DNA of 64,000 nt, from the NCBI GenBank assembly GCA_963809485.1, contig CAWEJX010000020.1, forward strand, positions 1,152,001 through 1,216,000. Direction: 5' to 3'. Numbering within the stretch: the first letter of the stretch is position 1; each line of letters opens with the position of its first letter. This stretch comes from an uncultured Acidobacteriota bacterium (GTDB taxonomy: Bacteria > Acidobacteriota > UBA6911). The notes beneath the pieces are model-generated. The model did not search any database and was not told where the DNA came from. It worked only from the letters and a program-made list of their open reading frames with translations. The position numbers were made by a program, and so were the translations under genes. Of the stretch, positions 19,813-29,302 are shown piece after piece.

Positions 19813-19932
19813 TATTTGATGATCCGGCGCCAGGCCGCGGATCTGCTATGGTTCTGTGTTTGAACTCTTTTGCCGGGTCGGTAATAATTACTAGTTTGTT
19901 CGATCTTTAGGGGATCATTCGATAGGGGGGAA

Positions 19933-21714
19933 ATGTATATGGTGCTGAAGAAAGCAACGCCGTCCACTTCTCTGTGCACTGTTCTGGATCCCAGGGGTCA
20001 GCCCACGATGGTCGTGAAGCCGCTGCCGCTTGCGCCCCGCCTGGACACGCTGGAGGGCAAAACCCTCTATGTGGTCGATGTGGGCTTCGGCGGAGGATGG
20101 GAGTTTCTGGAGGAAGCTGTCGGTTGGTTTTCCCGCCATATGCCCGGGGTAAAAACAGTCCTGCAGCACAAAAAGGGCAACATGTTCGTGGATGAGCCCG
20201 AGATGTGGTCCGAGCTGAAGCAGAATGCCGATGCCGTCATCCTCGGAGTCGGCGGCTGAGACGGATGCACGGCGAGTGTCGCCGCCTACTGCAGGGAACT
20301 CGAATCCAAATACGGCATCCCCACCATTCCCATGGCAAGCGCCCGCTTCGCAGAATTTGCCGCTCAGGATGCCCAGAATCACGGCATGATGCTGCGCTTC
20401 ACCCATCCTCCTTACCCGCTGGTCGGCAGGCCGCGGGAGGTTCTTCGCAAATATGTTGAAGGCAACGATCCCGTCTCAGGCAGGCCCCTGATGCTGCAGG
20501 TGGTCGACGCGCTCATCCGGCCGCTCACCGAAGACGAACAACATCCCAGGGCTGCAAGGGGCAAACCGAGGCCGAGGCTGCTGCAGCCGGACACGGAGGA
20601 GAACCTGCATCGCCTGTTCCTTGAAAACGGCTGGACCGACGGCGCACCGATCGTTCTACCCACGGAGGAGCGTGTGGCTCGTATGCTGACGGGGACCGCA
20701 GCCGACTCTAACCAGGTTGTCGGCCAGATGACCGTCACCATCCACCAGGAAAGGCTGGAATACACGGTGGAAAAGGTCGCCGTCAACGCCGTCATGGCGG
20801 GCGCCGGCCCCGAACACCTGCCCGTTATTCTCGCGCTGGCCGCCAGCCAGGAGACATCCATGCCGAGTTCGACGACCTCATTCGGCAGGATGGCATTTGT
20901 GAACGGGCCCATCCGGGAGGAGATCGGCATGAATTCCGGACTGGGGGCCCTGAGCCCGTTCAACCACGCCAACACCGTCATCGGCCGCGCGTGGACAATG
21001 ATGACCATCAACCTGGGCGACGCGCGCCTGAACGAGACCTTCATGGGATCGACCGGCAACAACATGAATTACAACAACATGATGTTCGCCGAAAACGAGG
21101 AGCGGAGCGCGTGGGAACCCTTCCACGTCCGCAAGGGCTTCAGGAAGGAAGAAAGCACCGTAAGCCTCTTCCAGGGCTGGAGCGCAATCAACAGCATGGG
21201 CGCGGCAGGCTGCTGCCGTCCGGCGCAGGAGGAAATGCTCATCATGATGCAGGCATTCCCCTGCCTGCGCGGAGCGCTGACCCTGGTCATGGACCCGCTG
21301 GTATCGAAGCATTTGAAGGAACAGAGATTCGACACACCGGAAAAGCTTTCCAGGTATCTCTGCGAAAATTTCAAGATGACGGCGGGACAATTCTGGGGCT
21401 CGGATGTGGTCTATTCGCTGGTGGAACCCGGCGCACGCAATGGGATGGAGCCTTATGCCTCCTGGCTGAAGCTTCCCAAGAATGCGCTGATCGCTCCCTA
21501 CACTTCTCCTGAAAATATTAACCTGGTGGTCGTTGGCGGCGAGACCCAGGCGCTCTGGCTGACCACGGACATGTGGCATATGAAAACAGTTTCCATCGAC
21601 CCGTGGAGGCCGAAGAGCGGAGTCTACAAGGAGGACGAAAAGGCTGCGCGCAGGCGCCAGGCGCGGCAGAAAAGGCATGCCGCCGCGCTGACCGCAAGCG
21701 GCTACGACATTTAG
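19933..21714 (+). CDS. UGSC-family selenoprotein, Sec at in-frame UGA 20257-20259 (U-D-G-C), 593 aa
   Basis: ORFs 19933..20259 and 20332..21714 share a frame; readthrough gives VILGVGG-U-DGCTASVAAYCRELESKYGIPT; SECIS-like hairpin follows; paralog at 31474-33288. Confidence 0.85.
20260..20294 (+). promoter_or_regulatory. Candidate bacterial SECIS element
   Basis: UGCA-CGGCG-AGUGU-CGCCG-..-UGCA hairpin immediately 3' of the UGA, G-containing apical loop about 16 nt downstream. Confidence 0.6.
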
Positions 21715-21773
21715 GCGATCGGGGGCGAGAAAGCTTCAAGAAGAGCTGACAGCTTGGCGTGGCCATTTGGTAA

Positions 21774-22514
21774 ATGCACATCCGCAAACAAAGCAGCGAA
21801 AACGAGCCGAAGCGTAAGAACCGGAAAAGAAAAATTCTGCTTGCGCTTTGCCTGACAACGGCAGTCTGGCTTTTGTATGAGGTAGCTACCCATCCGGATG
21901 TAAAGGCTCTGGCGCGGGATAGGCCCCAATCCACCGCCTGGATGGAAATGCGGGACCGGGAGGCGCGCAAGGAGGGGAAAAAAACGCGGCGTTTCCAGGT
22001 CTGGAAGCCGCTGAATTCCATTTCATCAAATCTGAAGAACGCCGTACTGATTGCCGAGGACGCGGCCTTCTTCAAGCACGACGGGCTGGACTACGATGAA
22101 ATACGGGAGGCCGTCAAAATCAACGCCGATAAGATGGAATTCGCGCGCGGCGCAAGCACAATCACGCAGCAGCTGGCCAAAAACCTTTATCTCTCCCCCT
22201 CGAAAAATCCGGTCCGCAAACTCAAAGAGCTGCTGCTGACCTTCTCGCTGGAGCGGAATCTGACGAAACGGCGCATCTTCGAAATTTATCTCAACGTCAT
22301 CGAATGGGGAAACGGCGTCTATGGAGCCGAAGCGGCCGCGCGGACATATTACGGAAAATCGTGCTCGGATCTATCCGACGGGGAGGCTGCGGCGCTTGCC
22401 GCGGTCATTATCAATCCGCGCCGTTACAGCCCGGTGCAGCCGAACCGCCGGATACGCAACCGCACTGCCAGGATCCAGGCGCGGATGGCGAGGTATCGCT
22501 ATTACAAGGATTGA
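21774..22514 (+). CDS. mtgA: Monofunctional biosynthetic peptidoglycan transglycosylase
   Basis: [43 protein letters not shown]. Confidence 0.92.
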   Translation: MHIRKQSSENEPKRKNRKRKILLALCLTTAVWLLYEVATHPDVKALARDRPQSTAWMEMRDREARKEGKKTRRFQVWKPLNSISSNLKNAVLIAEDAAFFKHDGLDYDEIREAVKINADKMEFARGASTITQQLAKNLYLSPSKNPVRKLKELLLTFSLERNLTKRRIFEIYLNVIEWGNGVYGAEAAARTYYGKSCSDLSDGEAAALAAVIINPRRYSPVQPNRRIRNRTARIQARMARYRYYKD

Positions 22515-22537
22515 ATGAAAGCAAAGGAGGACGTGGA

Positions 22538-23521
22538 ATGCTCAAACGAAAACTTGGCGCCGATGTCACGGTATCGGCCATGGGTCTGGGCTGCATGGGA
22601 ATGTCGGAATTTTATGGATCGGCCAAGGACGAAGACTCGATCGCGACGATCCACCGGGCCCTGGACATGGGCGTGGATTTTCTCGACACCGCCGACATGT
22701 ACGGGCTCGGCCGGAACGAAATCCTGGTCGGGCGCGCCCTCAAGGGCCGGCGCTACCAGGTTTTTCTTGCTACCAAATTCGGAAACGTGCGCAGCCCGGG
22801 CGGCGAGTTCCTGGGCGTGAACGGCCGGCCGGAGTACGTCCGGCAGTCGTGCGACACAAGCCTGAAGCGGCTCGGCGTGGATATGATCGATCTTTATTAC
22901 CAGCACCGGGTCGATCCGGACACGCCCATCGAGGAAACGGTCGGCGCCATGGTGAGGCTCGTGGAAGCGGGTAAAGTCCGATACCTGGGAATGTCCGAAG
23001 CGGCACCGGCAACCCTGCGTCGCGCCTGCGCCGTTCACCCGATCCTGGCTCTCCAGAGCGAGTACTCGCTCTGGACCCGCGATCCCGAAAAAGAGGTTCT
23101 CTCGACGTGCCGGGAATTAAAGGTGGGGTTCGTGGCCTACAGCCCCCTCGGCAGGGGATTTCTCACGGGACGGTTCAAAAAGCAGGAGGACCTGCCCCCG
23201 GACGATGCGCGACGCCACCACCCGCGCTTCGAAGGAGAAAACTTCCAGCGCAATCTCGATCTTGCCGCGATGATCCGGCAGATGGCGGAAGAGGCCGGGT
23301 GCACCCCCGCCCAGCTTGCCCTTGCATGGGTGCTAGCCCAAGGCGAAGACGTCGTCCCGATCCCCGGGACCAAGCAGATACGCTATCTCGAAGAAAACCT
23401 GGCTGCTCTCGAGGTCCGCTTAACCCCCGGCCAGCTGAAACGCCTCGATGAAGCGTTCCCTTTGGGGGCTGCGGCAGGCGAGCGCTATCACCCGCAAGCC
23501 ATGCAGGCCGTCAACCGGTAA
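22538..23521 (+). CDS. Aldo/keto reductase
   Basis: [36 protein letters not shown]; AAGGAGG RBS before 22538. Confidence 0.93.
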   Translation: MLKRKLGADVTVSAMGLGCMGMSEFYGSAKDEDSIATIHRALDMGVDFLDTADMYGLGRNEILVGRALKGRRYQVFLATKFGNVRSPGGEFLGVNGRPEYVRQSCDTSLKRLGVDMIDLYYQHRVDPDTPIEETVGAMVRLVEAGKVRYLGMSEAAPATLRRACAVHPILALQSEYSLWTRDPEKEVLSTCRELKVGFVAYSPLGRGFLTGRFKKQEDLPPDDARRHHPRFEGENFQRNLDLAAMIRQMAEEAGCTPAQLALAWVLAQGEDVVPIPGTKQIRYLEENLAALEVRLTPGQLKRLDEAFPLGAAAGERYHPQAMQAVNR

Positions 23522-23671
23522 CGCTGGGGACGGCCCTCCGGAGCCGCCCAGTGCAGGGAGAACCGCAATCCATCCCTGTCCCGGAGGAATTGAAGCCGCA
23601 TGCAATCCTGCTGCCTCGAGGCTGTGGTTTAGGAGCCTTGTCAGGGATCGCTGCATTAGACGCACTGCATT

Positions 23672-23724
23672 TTGACCGGCAGCTTTTGTTGATGTATCAT
23701 GTAGTCACACAGGTGACTACATGA
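23672..23724 (+). promoter_or_regulatory. Sigma-70 promoter (TTGACC-N17-TATCAT) with overlapping TA operator palindrome
   Basis: Perfect 12-bp inverted repeat TCATGTAGTCAC-ACAG-GTGACTACATGA at 23697-23724 spans the -10 box to the antitoxin start codon. Confidence 0.75.
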
Positions 23725-23996
23725 CGAAAAATATAGCGAAAACCGAGGAGATCGGCATCCGTCAATTGAAATCGCGGGCCTCGGAGCTGGTGCGGACCGT
23801 AAAAGAAAAGCACGCGCACTATGTCATCACACGACGCGGCAAACCCGCTGCCCTGATGATTCCCCTGGACGCTGCCCCGCCCGAAAAATCCGCCGATCAA
23901 GCATGGGAGCGCCTGGCTGCTCTCGGCGAGGAATTGAGCAGCAGCCGGAAAATCAAAAAGAGCGCGGTTGAGCTACTTATGGAGATGCGCCGATGA
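23721..23996 (+). CDS. Phd/YefM-family antitoxin
   Basis: IGIRQLKSRASELVR...VITRRGKPAA; coupled to PIN gene. Confidence 0.88.
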   Translation: MTKNIAKTEEIGIRQLKSRASELVRTVKEKHAHYVITRRGKPAALMIPLDAAPPEKSADQAWERLAALGEELSSSRKIKKSAVELLMEMRR

Positions 23997-24406
23997 ATTC
24001 ACCCGTTACAATCGACGCCAGCGTCTTTGTGAGCGCATTCATTCAGGCTGAGCCGGCGCACCAGGCAAGCAGACAATTCATGCTGAGGGTACGCCGGGAA
24101 TCGATCCCCATCATCGTGCCGTTTCTTGTTCTCCCGGAAATATCGGCGGCCCTGGCGCGCGGCTACGGGAAACCGGAAGCGGCAAAAGCCTTCGTTCTGG
24201 AACTGAGCAGCTTGCCGCGTATCACATTTGTGGAATTGGACAAAGGTGTCGCCGGCCTTGCAGTGGACATTGCGGCAAGATACCGTCTGCGCGGCAGCGA
24301 CGCCGTTTATGCCGCAGTCGCTTTCCGGTTTGGGGCGGAATTGGTGACGCTGGATAGGGAACAACTGGATCGATTGCCGAAATTGCTCTCCGTGCATAAA
24401 CCCTGA
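23993..24406 (+). CDS. vapC: VapC-family PIN-domain toxin
   Basis: IDASVFV, LPE, LRGSDAVYAAVA, LVTLD acidic tetrad. Confidence 0.88.
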   Translation: MNSPVTIDASVFVSAFIQAEPAHQASRQFMLRVRRESIPIIVPFLVLPEISAALARGYGKPEAAKAFVLELSSLPRITFVELDKGVAGLAVDIAARYRLRGSDAVYAAVAFRFGAELVTLDREQLDRLPKLLSVHKP

Positions 24407-24588
24407 TGGGCCTCTACCAGCCGTCGGCGAATCAACTGTTACAGGCCATTGGCGTGTCGGCATTGGCCAGCACCTTTGTCATCTTGGGTCAGCGTTACCG
24501 CAACCGGAAAAATTACCGGTTGCCGGCAGGTAGCCGGCATTCTATATTCGCAAGGGGACGACTGCCTGGGGCACGGAAGGGAGAAGCT

Positions 24589-25506
24589 ATGAAAATGAGC
24601 GTCATCGGCGCTGCCGGATCGGTTGGGGCGCCTGTCGCGTTCAATCTCGCCGCCTCTCGGGTGGCTGAGGAAGTCGTCATGATCGACACGCGCGCCAACT
24701 TGGTGAAACAGCATGCGATGGATATCGGCACGGCGGTCTCGGCGCTCGATGTCCGCGTCCGGGACGGCGGTTACGCAGACATGGCCGGTTCCGATATCGT
24801 GATCAACGCCGCCGGGGCGCTCCAGGGTTTGATCGCCGACCGGATGGAGATGCTGCCGCAGAACATACCGATGATCCGCGACATCGCGCTGCAGATCAGG
24901 CGCCATTGCCCCGATGCGGTCGTGATCACGGCCACCAACCCGATAGATCCCCTGAACTACGCCACGTGGCGCGCCGGGGGTTTCGACCGATGTCAGCTCT
25001 TCGGCTACTCCATCAACGATTCCTTCCGCTTCCGCGAACTGGCAGCCCGCGCCAAAGGGGTCAAGGTCAGCCGGGTGCAGGCCACGGTGATCGGCGAGCA
25101 CGGCAGCAGCCAGGTGCCGCTCTTCAGCTCCGTGCGCATCGACGGCCGGCCGGCGTTTTTCAGCGAAGAGGAAAAGCAGGCTGTGCTCGGCGAAATTCCC
25201 AAAATTTTGAGGCGGTACGAGGAACTTCAGACCGGGCGCACTGCGGGCTGGACCTGTGCGGTCGGCATGGTTTCGATCGCCCAGGCTATCCTTCAGGATA
25301 CTGGTGCGATTTTCCCCTGTTCGGTTGTACTGGACAGGGAATACGGCCAGCACAACCTGAGCATGTCGGTTCCGGTGGCTCTCGGCAGGCACGGTGTGCG
25401 GGAAATCCTGGAGTGGGAGCTTGCCCAGGATGAGAAGGCGGGGCTCGCGCGCTCCGTCGAAGTGCTAAGAGCGGCAGCAAACGCGGTCGATGCGGCCCTC
25501 CGATAG
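24589..25506 (+). CDS. LDH/MDH-family 2-hydroxyacid dehydrogenase
   Basis: GAAGSVG Rossmann motif, TNPID, DSFR, GEHG; GGGAG RBS before MKMSVIG. Confidence 0.88.
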   Translation: MKMSVIGAAGSVGAPVAFNLAASRVAEEVVMIDTRANLVKQHAMDIGTAVSALDVRVRDGGYADMAGSDIVINAAGALQGLIADRMEMLPQNIPMIRDIALQIRRHCPDAVVITATNPIDPLNYATWRAGGFDRCQLFGYSINDSFRFRELAARAKGVKVSRVQATVIGEHGSSQVPLFSSVRIDGRPAFFSEEEKQAVLGEIPKILRRYEELQTGRTAGWTCAVGMVSIAQAILQDTGAIFPCSVVLDREYGQHNLSMSVPVALGRHGVREILEWELAQDEKAGLARSVEVLRAAANAVDAALR

Positions 25507-25560
25507 GGCCGGCCGGGAAACCGGAACTGCATGTCACACAAACATTTTCAGGGCAAGAAG

Positions 25561-27690
25561 ATGCGCAACACAGTGCAACATTTTGACAAGCTCATGGAAC
25601 CGGGCATGATCGGCCCGGTCCGGACGCGCAACCGCATCATCAAAACGGCCAACGGCACCTCTTACATGGAAGAGGACCAGACTGTCGGCCCGCGCATGAT
25701 CGCCTATTACGAACGCCTGGCCAAGGGCGGCGTAGGTTTTCTCGTAGTGGAGTCCTGCGGTGTTGAATACCCCCTTGGGATCCAGCACGTGCACTACAGG
25801 CCCGACGGCAGCTACGAGGGCGTGCAGCTGCATTTCGACGACGACAGGTTCATTCCCGGCTTCCGGCAGTTGACCGACACCGTGCACAAACACGGCTGTC
25901 CCGTTTCCATACAGTTCCAGCACGCCGGCCCCTGGAATCCCACGGGACTGCTGCCCCGCGATCCTGCGATCCGCGACATCAAATGCGCCTCCACTCTCAG
26001 GCAGGAGGAATTGCCCGGCCCGGACTTCCTTCCCTGCCGCGCAATGACGAAGCAGGAGATCGAGGACCAGATCGACCTGTGGGCGTCGGCGGCCGAGCGA
26101 TCATGGAAGGCGGGTTTTGACGCCTGCGAGATCAACCACGGCACCTGTCACCAGGGCAACACCTTCCTGTCGAGGGTCTGGAACCGGCGCGACGACGACT
26201 ACGGCCCGCAGAATTATGAAAACCGAACCCGCTTCCTGCGCAGCATTCTCGCGGAGGCCAAGCGCCGCTGCGGCCCGGCGTTCGCCGTCCACGCCCTTTT
26301 CAACATCGTAGAATACAACCACCCGCTGGCCACGACGCTCGACGAAGGAGCGGAGATGGCGAAGCGCATCGCGGAAGTGGCCGACGGCATCAATTGCCGG
26401 GCAGAGCGCTACGGGCACAGGGGCGGGCTCATTCAGCCCGACCGGATCCTTTATCCCGAGCCTCCGGCCGAGCTGCCCGCCGATCTCGACTGGAGCCGGC
26501 AGGGCCGCGGAGCCACGGTGCCCCTGGTGGAAGCGGTCAAGCGCAAGGGCGTAAAGATACCGGTGTGGACGGCATGCCGACTGGACGCGGAGCTGGGCGA
26601 GGAATACCTGCGCAAAGGCAGCCTCGACTTTATCGGTATGACCCGCCGGCTCCTGGCCGATCCGTCGCTTCCCAACAAGATAAGAGAAGGCCGCCCCGAA
26701 GACATACGTGTCTGCCACGGATGCCTGCACTGCTTCGATATGCGCAACAAAAACAAAAAGCTCGAATGCCGGGTGAATCCCACGCTGGGCCGGGAGATCC
26801 TTCCAGAATACCAGTGCCGCCCGGCAGAGCGCAGAAAGAAGGTTCTGGTGGCCGGCGGCGGTCCTGCGGGCATGGAAGCCGCGCGCCTGGCAGCCCGGCG
26901 CGGCCACGAGGTCGTCCTGTATGAAAAAAGCTCCCGGCTGGGTGGACTTGTCCCGCTTGCGGCCGTGGTCAAGGACCTTGAGACCGAGGACATCATCGGC
27001 CACGTGCGCTACCTGGAGGCTCAGCTTAAAAAGGAAAAGGTCACCGTGCGCCTGAACCGGGCGCTGACGCCTGCGCTGGTGCGGGCGGAGAAGCCCGATG
27101 TGCTGGTGCTGGCAGCCGGAGCCTCCCATACAAAATTTGATCTGCCCGGGGCGGAAAGCCGCCGCGTCCTCCGCACCGCGAAGCTGCACGGGATGCTCCG
27201 GGCCGTCCTGCGTTTTCTCACGCCGGCCCAGGTGCAGAAGCTCTCCCGCATCTGGATGCCGGTAGCGAAAAGCGTGGTTATCGTGGGAGGGAAGCTGCAC
27301 GGCTGCGAGCTTGCTGAATTCCTCGCCAAGCGCGGGCGCAAAGTGGTGATCGCCCACAACGGGCCGGCTTCGGAGCTGGGCGAAGGCATGACCCGAGACG
27401 ACCTGGAAAACCTGTGGCCGTGGTTCAAACAGAAACACGTGGCGGTCTGGTCCGATGCATCCTACCGGGAGATCGTCGACGAGGGTTTCAAAATCCAGAT
27501 ACCCGACAGGCGCGTGTTTGTGCTCTATGGGAAAAGCATCCTGACCACCCAGGACTGGGGTCCGAATACGAAGGTCCTCGAGGAGCTTGCCATGCTTGTG
27601 GGCGAAACGCACGTGATCGGCAGCTGCAAGGAGCCCGGACTGATCGTGGATGCCGTGCGCGAAGGCGTCCTCGCCGGCTATGCGATTTAA
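25561..27690 (+). CDS. NADH:flavin oxidoreductase (OYE plus 4Fe-4S plus FAD domains, FadH/enoate-reductase-like)
   Basis: YYERLAKGGVG, N.RDDDYG...ENRTRF, CHGCLHC-x11-C, VAGGGPAGMEAA. Confidence 0.9.
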   Translation: MRNTVQHFDKLMEPGMIGPVRTRNRIIKTANGTSYMEEDQTVGPRMIAYYERLAKGGVGFLVVESCGVEYPLGIQHVHYRPDGSYEGVQLHFDDDRFIPGFRQLTDTVHKHGCPVSIQFQHAGPWNPTGLLPRDPAIRDIKCASTLRQEELPGPDFLPCRAMTKQEIEDQIDLWASAAERSWKAGFDACEINHGTCHQGNTFLSRVWNRRDDDYGPQNYENRTRFLRSILAEAKRRCGPAFAVHALFNIVEYNHPLATTLDEGAEMAKRIAEVADGINCRAERYGHRGGLIQPDRILYPEPPAELPADLDWSRQGRGATVPLVEAVKRKGVKIPVWTACRLDAELGEEYLRKGSLDFIGMTRRLLADPSLPNKIREGRPEDIRVCHGCLHCFDMRNKNKKLECRVNPTLGREILPEYQCRPAERRKKVLVAGGGPAGMEAARLAARRGHEVVLYEKSSRLGGLVPLAAVVKDLETEDIIGHVRYLEAQLKKEKVTVRLNRALTPALVRAEKPDVLVLAAGASHTKFDLPGAESRRVLRTAKLHGMLRAVLRFLTPAQVQKLSRIWMPVAKSVVIVGGKLHGCELAEFLAKRGRKVVIAHNGPASELGEGMTRDDLENLWPWFKQKHVAVWSDASYREIVDEGFKIQIPDRRVFVLYGKSILTTQDWGPNTKVLEELAMLVGETHVIGSCKEPGLIVDAVREGVLAGYAI

Positions 27691-27705
27691 GAATGTCCTA
27701 TTTCA

Positions 27706-27950
27706 TGAGGACCGGGCTCCAGAGTCTGTTTCAAAACGACTGTCATGAGATCCTCGCCGGCAGTTTTGAGAAGGTCTCTGGAGAGCCGTCCTCACCCAAA
27801 CAACATCAAATGCTGAGAAAATAATTTCTATTAATGTTTTTTCAGCGTACGTCAGCGTTTATCGGCGTACGTCAGCGTTAAAATTTGCAGACGGGCCTCC
27901 AGAACCGGTGGATCTCCCAATGGATTAGTAAGGACGGGTCTCCAGACGCG
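27706..27950 (-). repeat. REPIN/BIME-like composite repeat (family B, copy 2, inverted)
   Basis: Reverse complement of 8657-8860 plus an extra AGGACGGGTCTCCAGA unit. Confidence 0.75.
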
Positions 27951-28228
27951 CCCGAGCGGATTGCTCGCGCATGGATCCCCAAAATGCAGCCACCACTTTT
28001 TTGCAATATTCAGAGCTTCGCACCGCAACGCTTGCAGTAAAGGGCATTCATGTCGTGGCCCTGGATGCCGCGGGCGGGGCACGCCTGTCCCGAAACCGGC
28101 GGCAAAGCCCGCCACGGAAATCCGTCCGCTTCCGGCCGTCCCTGCAAATCCAATCGCGGTTTTGAGCTGCTTGGGCGGACCTGCCAAAGCTGATATAATC
28201 CCGCCCCATTAAAGATTGGGAGTTCGCT

Positions 28229-29140
28229 GTGAGCGAATCGAGCGGTTCACGCGCCGTTCTGGCGGCGCTGCTGGCAAATCTCGGCATCGCGGCGTCGAAG
28301 TTTGTCGCGTTTTCCTTCACCGGATCGTCGTCGATGCTCTCCGAGGGCCTGCACTCTGTAGCGGATTCCGGCAACCAGGTGCTGCTGATGGTTGGCCGCA
28401 AAAGAGCCCGGCGGGCGGCTACTGAGGAGCATCCTTTCGGTTACGGACGGTCCCGCTACGTTTACGCCTTCATCGTTTCAATCGTGCTGTTCAGCCTCGG
28501 CGGAATATTCGCGCTCGCAGAAGGCGGGCTAAAAATCGCCCACCCGGAGGAACTCAAAAACCCGGTGTGGGCTTTCGCAGTTCTTATCGTAGCAATTGCG
28601 CTTGAGGCTTTCTCGCTGAGGACGGCGGTCAAGGAATCCAACCACGAGCGGCGCGGTGTCCCATGGGACCGGTTCGTGCGCGGGGCGAAGGCGCCGGAGC
28701 TGCCCGTGGTGCTGCTCGAGGACACCGGGGCCCTGCTCGGCCTGGTTTTTGCGTTGTTCGGCGTCAGCGCGGCCGTCATAACCCGCGACGGGCGCTGGGA
28801 CGGCGCCGGCTCGCTGTCCATCGGCGCACTGCTGGTGCTGATCGCAATATTTCTTGCCCTGGAGATGAACAGCCTGCTCATCGGCGAATCCGGCAGCGCG
28901 GAACACGTCGCCGCAATCCGTAAGGCGATCGAGGCCGGCGAGGACATTGAGCGCATCATTCACCTCAAGACGCTCCACCTCGGGCCGGACAACCTCATGG
29001 TGGCCGCAAAAATCGCCGTACGGAACGACGAAACCGCGGCCTCCGTAGCGCGCGCCATCAACGCTGCCGAATCGCGCATACGCTGCGCCGTGCCCATTGC
29101 CCATGTGATCTACCTCGAACCGGACATCTTCCGGAAATAG
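28229..29140 (+). CDS. Cation diffusion facilitator transporter
   Basis: SEGLHSVADSGNQ, HPFGYGR, VLLEDTGAL, 6 TMs plus C-terminal domain. Confidence 0.92.
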   Translation: MSESSGSRAVLAALLANLGIAASKFVAFSFTGSSSMLSEGLHSVADSGNQVLLMVGRKRARRAATEEHPFGYGRSRYVYAFIVSIVLFSLGGIFALAEGGLKIAHPEELKNPVWAFAVLIVAIALEAFSLRTAVKESNHERRGVPWDRFVRGAKAPELPVVLLEDTGALLGLVFALFGVSAAVITRDGRWDGAGSLSIGALLVLIAIFLALEMNSLLIGESGSAEHVAAIRKAIEAGEDIERIIHLKTLHLGPDNLMVAAKIAVRNDETAASVARAINAAESRIRCAVPIAHVIYLEPDIFRK

Positions 29141-29302
29141 AAAAATTGCCGGCCGGCCCGCAATAACCAACCGCATGCTTTGAGACGGCTCGGCCGAGCT
29201 GTCCCCGCCAACAGCTAAAATCACTTATCGGGAATTTGATTCGGCGGTAGAATCGCTTCTGTATAGAGGTCCGTTACAATGCCGGCTATCGGCGGAGAAG
29301 CC

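Noticed and set aside
19481-19979. Small ORFs such as MANARFL..., MPQCRRRK..., MFGEGRRAK... repeated at 19.5, 31.1 and 38.8 kb
   Set aside because: They are translations of the palindromic repeat in several frames, with no RBS or protein-family features
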